This document shows positions 13,642 to 28,869 of a DNA stretch of 64,000 nt, one piece after another. Position numbers and translations under genes: made by a program. This DNA is from Amoebidium appalachense (lineage: Eukaryota; Protista; Ichthyosporea): positions 5,339,167 to 5,403,166 of the forward strand of contig CAVNZM010000005.1 in NCBI GenBank assembly GCA_963693365.1. Direction: 5' to 3'. The stretch's first letter is position 1. Every line of letters starts with the position of its first letter. Below the pieces are notes generated by a model. That model saw only the letters and a list, made by a program, of their open reading frames with translations, was not told the origin of the DNA and did no database searches.

Positions 13642-13827
13642 TTTGTGGTGGCGTACAAAAAAAAGCATGGATATCACGTTCCAATACGAGCCAGCGCCAA
13701 CACAAACACGCCACCACAGGCGAGGCTCCTAGGCCTGGGCAACACCTTTTCGAAAACGGGAGAGCGTGGTTAAACCATCAATGGCAAGCAGGCTGAGCGC
13801 CTACGGTGCTACCTGGACAATCGGAAG
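13642..13827 (+). pseudogene. Possible degenerate helicase-associated (HA) domain fragment
   Basis: One frame reads FVVAYKKKHGYHVPIRASANTNTPPQARLLGLGNTFSKTGERG*TINGKQAERLRCYL, resembling the HA consensus (YK..HG...VP...LG.W...ERL). In-frame stop at 13771; no clear gene structure. Confidence 0.3.
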
Positions 13828-14763
13828 CCAATTGTGCTTGCATGATCAAAGTTAACGAATTCTCCTCATTGGTGGTAGTTCTTGTTAGCGTGCTGAAGCC
13901 CTAATTATAATTTACGTTTTTTTCATCCAGGTTTGTTTGGGGGGAAGGGGAATTAGTGGGGCCCACGGGAGGAGGGGGGGGGGGGGGGGGAGGAGGGGGG
14001 GGGGGGGGGGGGGAGGGTTAGGGGTCCCAAATGAAAACTGCCATCTTCCACTAAGCACCGTCTGTACCCTAGCTAGGGTGCTAATGGTGCATTCAGCTGC
14101 AGCTACGCTAACACCTGAATTTACCAATCCCAACTACTAGACTAGTATACACTTATCCTAGGAAATTTGTGGCCCAGCCTCAACCTAGGGTACAAATAAA
14201 CAAATAAATACGATGAATACGATAAATAAAATTAAAGCACGGCCTGCATAGGTGTGTGGTGGCACAGACCAATGGTAGTATTTAGGCAGCCGTTGTGTTG
14301 CTTTGGTTGGGGAGAGGTCGATGAGTGTGTACATGTCAAGGTGCTCTAGGCTGGCTGTGTCCCAACCAGCAGGCATAACCAGGTCAGCAGCTATTATATT
14401 CTGTGCTGCACAGAATTACTCCGCTTTTCTAGGATAGTTCTTTTTCTGCAAAAAAAAATCAGATTTTCCTGATTTTTTTCTGCAAAAGGCAGCTGAAATG
14501 TGCAGCAGTGTCATTTGCACGATAATCCTGCTAACAGTAAAATTATTCTACTTCCATCAGCAGGACATTCGTGCCCAAAGCACACCATATCGATACGGCA
14601 TGTCCGCTTTTTGCAGTTTTCGTTTTCTTTTTTTTTTCTTTTTTATGAATAACCTGTTCAGACTCAGAGAGTTATTGTTCTTTAGTTGAATAACTCAATT
14701 GTAAAATTGCTGGCTGCAGACATATTCTGTTTTTGGCGGAACGTCGAAGAGGGGTCGGGGGCA

Positions 14764-14797
<34 letters not shown>

Positions 14798-15914
14798 ATG
14801 CAGCGCTGAATGACGAAGACAGGCGTTTTTGTACTCATGCATGCCCATTTTTGAAGGTAACGTACCGTGTGCACGTGCGTGTACGATGGCTCTTTGTGCC
14901 GAATCTTAGAAGGCTTGTGTCTGATGCGGTGTGCCGTCTGATATGGAAGTGCACGGCACAGGGCCCATATTCGGGCCCCACGTGCATATCCATATGGCGC
15001 AAAAGCGGGGAAAAAGCCAGGCAGTAGGGGTTGTCGGTGCCACTATGGAAACACATGGCAAGGCATGACCTTAGGTGCAGCAACAGGGCGCCCAGAAAAC
15101 CGCGAGCTTCAGCCAAGGCTAAGCCCTATACGCAACGTCGTCCCCACCAAAAGACTGACTGCGAGGGTCTTAAAACCAAGCGGGTTATATACTCGAGGAT
15201 TGACAGCTCTGCAACGGTAATGGGGCACCCCAACAGCCAGGGCGAACTGGCATGCATGTGTCGGCACACACGCAAGTTGGTGTTACTGCATCTCACTGAC
15301 CCGAGCTCACACGGAGCCCCACTGGTGTGCTTTGGCCCCAACAAAGTTGGTCGCCTGCCAAGGCACACGATACAAAGCATAAGCGGCCTTGCACCCTGAG
15401 TGACACGCAGCGTATACGTGCACGTGGGCACGTAGCGCGCTGTCACACCGTGAGTGTGGGGGTGGCACAATCATGACACTGCCCCGATCTGGCTCCCCAA
15501 AACCAGTTCGGTTCAGTTCCACAACACCGTCACAGTGTGTGTGTGTACGTGTATGTTTGGCACTGCGTGCTGTTGTCCAATAGGCCTAGTTGTGTGACAA
15601 AGTGTGATCATTCTGTGTGATTGCACAATCGCTTATGTCGCCATGTGTGTGTGCACGCGCGCGCGCATGTGTGTATACAGGTGTCACAACATGTCTGTGT
15701 GTGTATGCACACGTGTGAACAGCCACAGTGTCGTGTAGGAGAGTGTGCGTGCCTGCGTGCAGCCTGCAGTGTGTGTTTCCGTGTGTCACACAATGTGGGA
15801 CGCCCGCCTGTATTTTTGTGCGTGTGCACGTTTGCATCCAGCGTGCACTGCACGTGAATTCATATTTACAAGTGCGCATGTGCAGCTGTGCGTGTGAGTG
15901 CACGTGATACTTGT

Positions 15915-15952
<38 letters not shown>

Positions 15953-15960
15953 GGGGGGGG

Positions 15961-16012
<52 letters not shown>

Positions 16013-16178
16013 TTTTGGGGGCCGGGGGGGGGGGGGGGGGTGGGGGAAGGAGGGGGGGGGGGGGGGGGGTATGGGGAAGCATTAGGGGGGGTTGCTGTGA
16101 TTTGTAGGGGGACCCCATATCCGAAAGCCTTCGGGGGCCCGATCGGAGGGGGGGAAGAAGGGGGGGGGGGGGGGGGAA

Positions 16179-16221
<43 letters not shown>

Positions 16222-16700
16222 TCTGAGAGTCTTTAGTAAAAGATGCGTTACGCCTCAATATTCATCAATGCCATAAAAAACCGCTACCATTTTTGTGTCC
16301 AATATTTCTCACTCATGATGGATAATCAGCCAGGCCTCAGCAGCTGCAGGCCAGTTGGAATCTTGCTGTCGAGCTCCCTTCCACCCGGGGAAGTCCCTTC
16401 CCCCTCCCCCCCCCCCCCCCTCCCCCCCTCCCCCCCCCCCCGCCCCCGCCGCCCCCCCCCCCCCCCCCCCCCCCCCCCCGCCCCCACCCCCCGCTCTCCC
16501 CTCCGCGCTCACTTATCCATCCTCTCTCTCCATCCCCAAAAGGGGGAACCATCTGCGCGCTGGTGGGTTGGTGGCTGAATGTCTTTCTCTGCTACGATTT
16601 TTAATATCATTCTTAAGAATTCTGAACAGAAGTCCTGACTCGAGCCAGTTTAAAGGTAGCCCTACGTATCAACGTTGACTCCTTGCCGGACCAAGTGACT

Positions 16701-17250
16701 CCCGCCAAAAACTAAAGTCAGCCAATCAAAATGATAACCAATCAGAACATTGAAAATAAAATGGGTAAGCCAATCGAGAAGGTGTACTTTTCAAATGACC
16801 AATCACTGAACAAGCTGCTTCGATGTGATTGGCTACAAGTGCTCAAGCGTATCTGCGCCAATCACATTGCAGCTGGTTGGCTTCCGTGAGCCCACGCGGA
16901 ATAGGCCCCCCATAATGCCTTACGCTGTCTCTAGCATTATAAAAAAAATTCTAAGCATTTTTATTAATCCTTTGCCAAGTATATAACTGAATGATTCGTT
17001 CATGTTCAATATATTTCAGTTACTGTCGTGTGTGGACAACACGGGCTACTTTTTGCGCAGCTGCAACGGTATTTCTCTGGCTTAGCAAGCTATGATATTG
17101 GACGAATCATAAGATTACCAATACTTTGTATAGCCATATAGGAAAAGACAGCGGTCGCGCCGAACCAATCGCGTTCTGGTAGTCACTTTTCAATACCACC
17201 GCCCAAGCTTCTATATAAATCAAATCGCCACTTTCGGCACTCTCAGACTG
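16701..17250 (+). promoter_or_regulatory. Promoter of the 17358 gene: CCAAT-box array, TATA box and Inr
   Basis: CCAAT at 16722, 16738, 16770, 16799, 16858, 17165 and ATTGG at 16828; TATATAAA at 17212-17219; Inr-like TCAGACT at about 17243, roughly 30 nt downstream of TATA. Confidence 0.65.
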
Positions 17251-17357
17251 ACTGGCTGGTGTTGCTTCCACCTTTCGCGTCTGTGTCGAAAAGAAACCGA
17301 ACGCTTTCCCAAGTAAGCTAAACATTTTACCCCAGATCCCGCTATTATAACTACAAA

Positions 17358-17858
17358 ATGAAGAGCATTATCTTCGCCGCCTCTCTTTTCGTTGCTGGTG
17401 TTGCCGCCCAAGGCACCAAGGTCGAACTTTACACAAGCGTTGATTGTTCAGGTCCCATCCCACTCGAGAAAGATGTCTTTTCCGACTTGAAAGAATGTGT
17501 TGCCATCGGCGAGCCCAAAATCCCCGTTGCAGAACTGGGCGCAACATATTCCTATGCACGCCTCAGCCCACAGGTAAAGAACGAAATCCTTCTCTTCACG
17601 GACGCAGCAAAGTGCGCGGAATACCCCGATTATTTTGACCCCAAGCTCCAGGTGACGTTCATCCGTGCATCTCTTCCCAACACATGCACCCCTTGCTACC
17701 GGTGCGGAAATGTCAAGTCTGTGCGTTTCACTCCTGATGAGGCCCCTGCTGCTCAGAACGCCGCCACTCAGCAACCAACAAGCTCTGCAAATTCTTTCAC
17801 GCCGGCCACTTTCATGACAGCTTTTGTGGTCGCAGCCGCTGCCACACTGTTTGCATAA
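17358..17858 (+). CDS. Intronless 166-aa secreted, probably GPI-anchored, six-Cys surface protein of unknown function
   Basis: Non-repetitive ORF with AAAATG start context; signal peptide MKSIIFAASLFVAGVAA|Q; 6 Cys; Ala/Thr/Gln/Pro stalk; small-residue omega region SSANS followed by hydrophobic tail FMTAFVVAAAATLFA; upstream TATA. Confidence 0.85.
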   Translation: MKSIIFAASLFVAGVAAQGTKVELYTSVDCSGPIPLEKDVFSDLKECVAIGEPKIPVAELGATYSYARLSPQVKNEILLFTDAAKCAEYPDYFDPKLQVTFIRASLPNTCTPCYRCGNVKSVRFTPDEAPAAQNAATQQPTSSANSFTPATFMTAFVVAAAATLFA

Positions 17859-18200
17859 ATAGTTTCTTCATGATGCAGAAACCGAACTATCATTAAAAAA
17901 AAAAAAAAAAAAAAAACCTGCATTTTTTGCTTGTAAGAATGACATATTGTATATAGAGTAAACGGTATTTATAAAAATCATTTGGTAAAGAGCTATGTAA
18001 TCCCACACGCTATTCTGTGTGCGCCCTCGGTAGGCGTTGATAATTGCGAGCATGCCTGTGGCGTAAAAAAAAATCTCAAAACGAATATAAACGAGTCTAC
18101 TGGTTCAGTGAACCTGATATTAGTTCAATTTTTGCCGGTCAGATAGTTACGGGCATCATCGCCTGGATGGTGTGATAGATATGACATCACAACCCTTATA

Positions 18201-18258
18201 CACCATTCTGTTGGGCTGTTGGACAACTCACCATTCTGTTGGGCTGTTGAACAACTCA
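18201..18258. repeat. 28-bp tandem duplication
   Basis: caccattctgttgggctgttg(g/a)acaact repeated twice. Confidence 0.85.
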
Positions 18259-18759
18259 GTGATCACCGCATATCAATATCACACACCCCTGCACACAGAT
18301 TTATGGAACTTGGTGCAAGTGTCGTAACGTTTTCAACAACATGTTACCTGTTAAATTCAGAGGAACTTGCTGAATGACACACAATCCCCCCTCCTCCCCA
18401 ATGACACATAATCCCCCCCCCCCCCCCCCCCCCCCTCCCCCCCCGTCCCCCCCGCCCCCACCAACACCCACCCACCACGACCACCATCACTACTTCTATC
18501 CAGAACCCCGGGAATCCTTGCGTAGTACATTCATTTGAACTGTCCTTTGATAACGCCAATGGCACTAGAATTACGGGTGACAGGAATGTGCGTATATACT
18601 CAACGGGATATAATGAGCACATTCGCTCAACCCCACTTAGGTCAAGATACTCGTTAAATGCATGCACCGTTTCAAACACGTACAAAGTGGCCCGATTGTC
18701 CGACAACACACACACGAGCCACGGTGGGAAGGTGGGTTATGTGCACACACATGTGTACA

Positions 18760-19740
<981 letters not shown>

Positions 19741-20589
19741 TTCCTGCCATCTATCATCTCTCATCCAGCACCTCTGCGCTTCTACACCACCATCCTTTTG
19801 CACTAATAGTCACATTTTCTGCGTATCACTCCCCCTCCCCCCCCTCCCCCCTCCCCCCTCCTTCCCCACTCCCCCTCCCTCCCTCCCCCCTCCCCCCGAA
19901 TGACACTGACACCGTGAGACACAGTAGAGACCTACACATAAAAATATTAATTCAAATAATACAGATGGACATTACGGCCACATGTCATTGACATCCAGCA
20001 ACTCATAAGCTTTGGGAAGGTTGAAAACATTTCTTCCCCGCATGTTGGCAACGTGTGAGATAAAACTGCTGTGCAAAGTGCACAAGCAGCACATCAAATC
20101 GGCCAAGTGATGGCTCCCGAGAAGGAAAAATCCCAGCTGCAAGATAAATAAAATTATGATAAATCCCAAAGGATGTGGCATGGTGTAGGCTATTGAATAA
20201 ATCCCCCCCCCCCCCCCCCCCCCTCCCCCCCCCCCCCCCCCCCCCCCCCCCCCACAAAAAAAAAAAAAAAAAAAAAGAGGGAAAAAATAGGGGGAAAAGA
20301 AAACTTTGATATACAAATCCCACACACGCTTTACCGTGCCTTTATTTGCTATGTTGATCAATATCATATACATATATACTATCTTCGGATGGGAGAAGTG
20401 TGGATGCGGTGGTGGTTACGTCGGTGTGTGTTTGTGCAGGGTGTCTTGAGGTGTTGTAGGTAACCGCTGTCACAGTGAGAAGGTTGGGGAGTGAGATCAT
20501 TTTGGCATACGCCCCCCCCCACACCTCCCCCCTTTCAGATCGCAATGTTCAGAGTGAGAAGAGCCTTGAAAAATGGGTCTCACTGAATG

Positions 20590-21170
<581 letters not shown>

Positions 21171-21305
21171 TGACTGAGGAAAGAGGGGGCGGGGGGCCGG
21201 GAGAGGGGGGGGGGGTATAGGGGGGGAAGGGCGCGGGGAAGGGAGGGATGGAGGTTCGAGAGAGAAGAGGTCGAAAATAGGCAGTAGGGGAGGACTCCGA
21301 GGGGA

Positions 21306-21352
<47 letters not shown>

Positions 21353-21921
21353 ACGCCGGTGCACGTGCACGTCTACGTCACCGCTGCATGTGATCATGAT
21401 TATCATACCGCCGGCCCGGCGCACGAAGCTTCCGTAAGTTGATGAATTCAGGCGCATGCGCATTCGCATGCATATGCATCTCGATCAGCTGAGGTTAGTG
21501 GCTGAGTGACCGTCGTGCCCTCTGGCTGCCATATGGTTGAGGTCATTGTTAGGCTAAGCGACCATATACGTGTTTAGCAAGAATTTCTCCATCTCTTTCT
21601 GCTCCTGAAAAATAGTAGCTACGGAAAAAGTTAGCTGCATGTGCGGAATCGTGTCGGTCTCGCCAGACGATGACGAGTCCGACATCAACCACATGATAAT
21701 AATGCAGATACAATGCATGTGACCACGGCCTGTTTCAGGTAGTAACATTATTCTGACCCCAAAAACCGGTTGGATCATGCCTTTATTGTGACAAAACGCT
21801 ATAAATATAGTTTCTGAATGCTTTACAAACTAGAGAAAACCGTCCAACCACAGGGAATAGACAGACAGATCTGCGGCTTTGTTTTGCTCACAACCCCGCA
21901 CATACCAGGCTTTATTAATAG

Positions 21922-22322
21922 CCAATCGAAATAGCGATAGCTTTTGAATTTCAATTGGTAGGAACCGATCTCCCAATCAGAACTTGCGGTTGTTTCCATA
22001 TCGAGTAAAGTGATGAATTAGTTTTGCAGCACCCAATCAAATAGCGCGTTCCTGCATTCACGGTTATTGCCCATCATACAGGCCACCGCTTCAAAAGGGG
22101 CATTAAAACGTTGGAAAGCACAAAGTTATATGCTGAAACATATTGAATATAATAATTTGTTGTCTAAAACCACTACAGGTAGAAGTAATCAGTATGAAAA
22201 ATGCGCATTTCTCACGCATGCTGTGATTGCAAGCAATCCAACCAATCAGCGGCTTCATCATGGCCACATGCCGAGTATATAAACGAGTTCGTCACACTGA
22301 CGCCATACAGACTGATTCAGTT
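21922..22322 (+). promoter_or_regulatory. Promoter of the amino-acid transporter: CCAAT boxes, TATA, Inr
   Basis: CCAAT at 21922, 21973, 22033, 22242 and ATTGG at 21954; TATATAAA at 22276-22283; TCAGTT at 22317. Confidence 0.6.
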
Positions 22323-22581
22323 GTGATTGTTGCTCCAAAGGGCTAAAATCAACTATCTTTGCTTATTTTGTTCGCCCCACCAGTCACAATCACCACTAGA
22401 AAACCTTTTGTTGCGCAGCAAGAAAACTAGGTTAAAGGAAAGGTGTGATTTTAGAGAGTTTTCGTCGTGTGAACGAATAGTGATACTTTTCGACAATCAA
22501 ACCTGCTTGTGAAATCCAGTTTCATAGCACAACCCACCTCCCACCAAAAGGCTCCAACACAGACCTAAAGTTCGATCGAAA

Positions 22582-22932
22582 ATGTCTCTGTCACGGTTTT
22601 TTCAGCAGTTGGTGTGGCGAAAGCCAACAAAAGGAAACAAGGAGGAGGAAAACCTTCTAAAGGTCATGGGTGCTGTTGACCTTATTGCCTATGGCGTGGG
22701 TAGCTGTGTAGGTGCCGGTGTCTTCGTTTCCACAGGTGTTATTGCCGCGAATTTGGCCGGTCCCTCCGTGTGCCTTTCGTTTATCTTTGCTGGTATCGCT
22801 GCCGGCCTGTCAGCTTTGTGCTATGCTGAGTTCGCTGCTCGCCTGCCCATTGCCGGTGGTGCTTATGCCTGTACGCCTCCCCCCCCCCCCCCCCCCCCCC
22901 CCCCCCCTTCCCCTCCCCCTCTCCCCCTTCTC

Positions 22933-22988
<56 letters not shown>

Positions 22989-23580
22989 ATCCCACTCCAC
23001 CCTTTACGGCCAGCCGCCCTCCCGCGCCCACAAGAATCAAAGATTCGGGGTGTACGTATAGCATGTCTTTTGTTAGCATGTTATGCTTTTCCCCTATATG
23101 TTTGAAACGATTGCATGATGTACCGGGTTCGCTTCCCTAGGATACATACGGAAACGTTTGGCCCTGTGCCTCCAGCTCTACAATTTTTTCCGGCTTACCC
23201 CCCAGGCACGTTAGTCCACTCGAATTTATGCAGGTAGCTTCATGGTTGGGAGTAAAGTGATGCCCCCCTCTGTTCTCCCAGCCCCCCTACACCCCCCCCC
23301 CCCCCCTCCTCTCTCTCCTGCCCCCTCCCTCCCCCCCCCCCCCCCCCCCCCTCCCCTCTCCTGCCGCCCTCCCCCGTAATTCGTTCAAAACACAATTGAT
23401 CTCTCATAAAAGTCAAAAGGCAAACGGCATACGCAAATGCAAAAAAACACGGGGCCTAATGCATACACACACACAATCTGATCCACACGCACCCACGCAC
23501 GCACATACACAGAAAAAGCTGACAAGCAGCCATTTCCCTCCCCCGGGCCTCTCTGCCCTTTATCCTCTCCCCTGCATATT

Positions 23581-23641
<61 letters not shown>

Positions 23642-24013
23642 CTACACAACTACACAATTACAAACACACGCAGACGCGTATGCATCCATGGGTGAGCTCT
23701 GCGGCTGGTTCATCGGCTGGAATGCAACCCTCCAATATGCTTTCTCCGCCGGCTCCGTTGCCGTATCGTGGGCAAACTACGTAATCGGTTTTGTGAAAGG
23801 GTTTGGTTATGAGGTACCCGTTGGTGTTGCTCCATACGAAATTAATGACTACATGCAAATATATCCACTATCTCTCGTGATTATTATCCTCACAACCGCT
23901 ATCGTTCTTGCCGGTGCAAACGAGTCTGCCAAATTCAACGTCGCTGTGACCGTTTGGAACGTCTCTCTGATCGTCTTTGTCATCATCTATGGCTTCACCT
24001 TTGTTGAGCCTGG

Positions 24014-24048
<35 letters not shown>

Positions 24049-24783
24049 AACACACACACACACACACATACAAACACACGACCATCACCCCACCCTCTCC
24101 CCCTCCCCCCAAGTTGCCCACTCCCCTTCCTGCCCCCCCTGCCCTCCCCCCCCTGCCCTCTTCTCTCACACACGTCCACTCCCCCTACCCCTCCCCACGC
24201 CACCCCACCCCAAACACACGTACATGCACACAACACACACACACATCGTGACACACACGCATACACACACACACACACACACACACACCCATGCGTCTCC
24301 TATCAAGACGGAGTGACCCATTTACGCTACAAGCTCAGATTGGTTGATTCCACAACCACACGGGCGTTGGGGACAAAAACACGGGAATCGGGTCAAACAT
24401 CATAGAGATGTACCTCCAATCGCTTGCATATTCCATCCCCCCCCCCCCCCCCCCCCCCCCTCCCCCTCCCCTCCCCTCCCTCCCCCCCCCCCCCCCCCCC
24501 CCCCCCACACCCCTCCCCCCCCCCCCACCCCCCACCCCACCCCACCCCACCTTTCCCTCCCTTTACCTCACTGCACTTCACCTCACCTCACCTCAACCCA
24601 TTCCCAAAGGGAAACACACCCACACATACAGGCGGTAACAAAACAGTTTGGACACAAGCCACTTCTTTCAAAAGTTTGGACCCAAGCCACTTCTTTCTGA
24701 TAGCTTCTTTATCCCTTGTACAGTCTGAAACCACATAGCTGACTAAGGATCTCCATACATATCATACTCCCCTCCTCCCCCCC

Positions 24784-24814
<31 letters not shown>

Positions 24815-25017
24815 ACACACACACCACACACACTCTACACATTCCCCATCCCCCCCCCCCCCCCCCCCCCCCCCCCCGCCCAACACACACAAACTGCAGA
24901 CAACTGGAGTCCCTTTATGCCCTACAGTTTCTCGGGCACCATTTCAGGCGCCGGCACTGCATTCTTCAGGTATCCCCCCCCCCCCCCCCCCCCCCTCCCC
25001 TTCCCCCTCCCCCCCCT

Positions 25018-25057
<40 letters not shown>

Positions 25058-25787
25058 ATACCCCCTCCCTCCCCCCCCTCCCCCCCCCCCCCCCCCCTCA
25101 ACACACACACACACACACACCACCATCATCACCACTACCTATTTCCACCACCCACCCTCCCTGCACCCTTCAAAAGTGCCTGTGACTGGGGATCAGGAAA
25201 GGGGGGGGGGGGGGGGGGTTCGGTTGTGCATTGGGTACTGTCCCTGGTAGGATGGTGTGGGACAAAAACCAGTCGGTCGGTGGGTCCCTCCCCCCCCCCC
25301 CCCCCCCCCCCCCCCCTCCCCCCCCCTGCCCCCCATCTCACCTCTCGAAAGCAGACAGTGTGTCCCAGTGTCCACCTCCTCATATTCTTCCCCTCCAACA
25401 CCCATAGTCTGAAACACACCCACACCCACACACCTTCTCCACTACTCCCCTCATCCAACTGCACAGAGCCCCCCCCCCCTCCTCCTCCCGAATCACCATC
25501 CCCTCTCCCCCCCCCTCCCCCCCTCCCCCCCTCCTCCCGAACCACCATCCTCCCCCCCTCCTCCCCTCCCCTCTCGCTTCTGAAGACGGGCTCTGATTGT
25601 GATCGTGGTGCACACACTTGTGTGCTTTGCAATCTGCATTTTTTTGTCTGTAATGAATGTGCACTTCAACCTCCCTTGCACAATCTAACCTCCCGCTCCA
25701 ATCCCTCCTCCTCCTCTCCCCACCATCCCCCCCCTCCAACCACCATTCCTACCCTCCCCCTTCCCCCTCCCCCCCCCCCCCCCCCTC

Positions 25788-25883
<96 letters not shown>

Positions 25884-27869
25884 AACACACACATACATGC
25901 ATCACCACCCACCCACCCACCCACCCATCCCCACAGCTACGTAGGTCTTGATGCTGTGTCGTGCATGTCAGCCGAAACCAAGAACCCCCAACGGGACATC
26001 CCCATTGGTCTGATGGGCACGCTATTTATAGCCATGGCCCTCTACTCGGTGCTGTCACTCGTAATCTCTGGAATGGTCAATTACGTGACACTGCAGCAGC
26101 CTGCATTCATCAACGCACCCATCTCGCAGGTATTTGTACACTCGCCCCCCCCCCCCCCCCGTCCCCCCCCCCCCCCCCCCCCCCCCAACACACACACACC
26201 CCCACGACACACACACATACACAAAGTGACACCCACACCCACAACCATCACACACGCACACACGCACACACAATCTCCCTTACCTATGAGGATGGGCTCT
26301 CCGACTGTTTCTGATGCATACGCTTTTGTCTGTTTTTCAATCTGCATTTGGTTGGTTGTCATATTTGTCACATGCACTCACTCACTCGTTCACTCACTTA
26401 CTCACTCACAGACGCACATGCACACGCACACGCACACACCGTTCTGCTAGTTTTTTTGCCCACCTTGTCCGTTCCCACGCCCACCATCAAGGTCACCAGG
26501 CCACGAAAGCACGGTCGTGTGTTGGCACTGGCATACTGACACAGATATGGGTGTGCATTTGTTTAAAATACCTAAATTCAACCCCTCGCATATACGTATA
26601 CGACGTTGTGACATAGCCAACACTATAGCCAACACCCGCCTTCAATGAGATGTGATTTTGCCAACACCTGCCATTAATTTTATTAAACCCGGCATCCATA
26701 ACTAACAACTGCCGTTTAATTTAAAATCAGGCATTCATCCACGTGGACAGGACATGGGCGGCGCAGCTTGTTGGGTTCTGCAGCATCACCACGCTCACGT
26801 GCACCACCCTGTGCTGTATCATGGGCCAGCCCCGCATCTTTATGCCCATGTCCTTTGACGGTACGTGTGTGTGTGTGTGGCATGTGTGTGCATGTGTGTG
26901 CATGTGTGTGCATTGCGTTCGCGTGTGCGTTTGTGTGCGCGCATGCGCGTGCGTGTGTGTGCACATGCGTGTCCCTGTTTGGGTGGCGTTTTGGTTTGCT
27001 TAGGTGTGCAAGCATATGTGGACCTGTTTATGTACGGTATTCGTGTGCATTCGTCAGTCATTGTTCGTGTATACAAGGGGTTCAGAAGTTTGCGCGTATA
27101 TGTATGCAGTATGTTCATGATGTGATGTCTGCACGATGTTTCTGTTTCCAAGTTGAGCTCCACTTCTTCCATATCTTTCCCCCCCCTCCCCCCCCCCCCC
27201 CCCCCCTCCCCCTTTCCCTTCCAAGTTCAGTATGCAATCAAAACACGCCCACCCAAACCCGCCTACACACCCACTGACACTATGTTTTGGGTCACAGGTC
27301 TCCTATGGCCAGCCTTTGGGCGCATCAACAAGCGTGGTGTGCCTGCATTCTCAGTCATGGTCACATGCGTCATCGCCATGTTTTTGGCCATGTTTGTACG
27401 TCCCCCCTCCCCCCCCCCCCCCCCCCTCCCCCCCCCTCCCCTCCCACCTCCCACCTCCCACCTCCCACCTCCCACCCCCCACCCCTACCCTTAACACACA
27501 CAGACACACACCCTCACACACATCACAACCACAAAACACTGCACCACACTACGCTACACCACACCACCCCTGGAGGCACTTAGTCTCCTTAATTTAAGAG
27601 TTTTCCCATAGCCCCCCCCCCCCCCCCGCCCCCCTTCCCCAAGCCCCCCCCCCCCCCCCCCCCCCCCCCCAACACACACACACACACACAGACACACACA
27701 GACACACACATGCACACATAAGCACATATGCCACACCACACCACCACACATCACACACCACACCCCACCACGCCACACCACACAACACAGCACCCAAAGG
27801 CCCTTAAGTGTTTTTAAGGTTTTTGCCATAGCGATTCACGCACAAGAGACCAGGACGTCTTCTCCATAT

Positions 27870-27912
<43 letters not shown>

Positions 27913-28142
27913 ACCCCATCCCCCCCCCCCCCTCCCCTTTCCATTCCACGCCGGCCCGGCCCGGCCCAAAACTGGCTCCTCATCTCCATGCTCTTTTCCC
28001 AAACACACACCACACACATCTCTTTCGCACATCTACATACAAATACACGTACACTTGCATATGCCTACACGTACACAAACAGACCCTCACGTACACACCC
28101 ATCCACATACACGTACACACGCACACCTACACACCTACACAC

Positions 28143-28233
<91 letters not shown>

Positions 28234-28838
28234 TACACACACGTACACACACACAAACTTACACACATACACGCACACACACACGTACACACATGCAAAA
28301 CAGATCAAGTTCGACTTTATGGCCGACGCCATCTCCCTCGGCACATTCATCTCCTTCACCGTTTCCTGCTCCGGCATGCTTATCATGCGCATGGCAGATA
28401 TGGGCCACACACACCTGAGCTCCGACAAACGACTCCTTCCCTCTCGCTACTCAATCATGGCCATTTTGGGTTTTGCCGTTGGAAGCGTCATTTTTGCAAT
28501 GACAAACAGCCGTGTGAAGATGCCTCTTTGGGGTACCATTATACTGGCGGGCTTCTTTGTTGTTCTCCCTGCCCTCGTTGTGCTTTACATCTGGTACATT
28601 GCCATGCATGGCTCCCCTTTCCTATACTGGTGTTGGTGTTTGTGGATTTTGTCAGGCAAATTCGAGGCTGGTAAAGTTGAGTGCTCACAGGAAAGAACAA
28701 CGGGGCCGGTGGGCCGGCGGACCGGGGGCGCGGGGGGAAGGTGGGGGGGGGAGAGGGGGGGGAGAGGGGGGAGGGGGGAGGAATAAGGAATTTGGAAATG
28801 GCATTCAGCGAGGAAGTACTCGCACGCGCGTCATGCAA

Positions 28839-28869
<31 letters not shown>

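Noticed and set aside
15031-15399. 122-aa non-repetitive ORF
   Set aside because: No recognisable motif, promoter or splice context.
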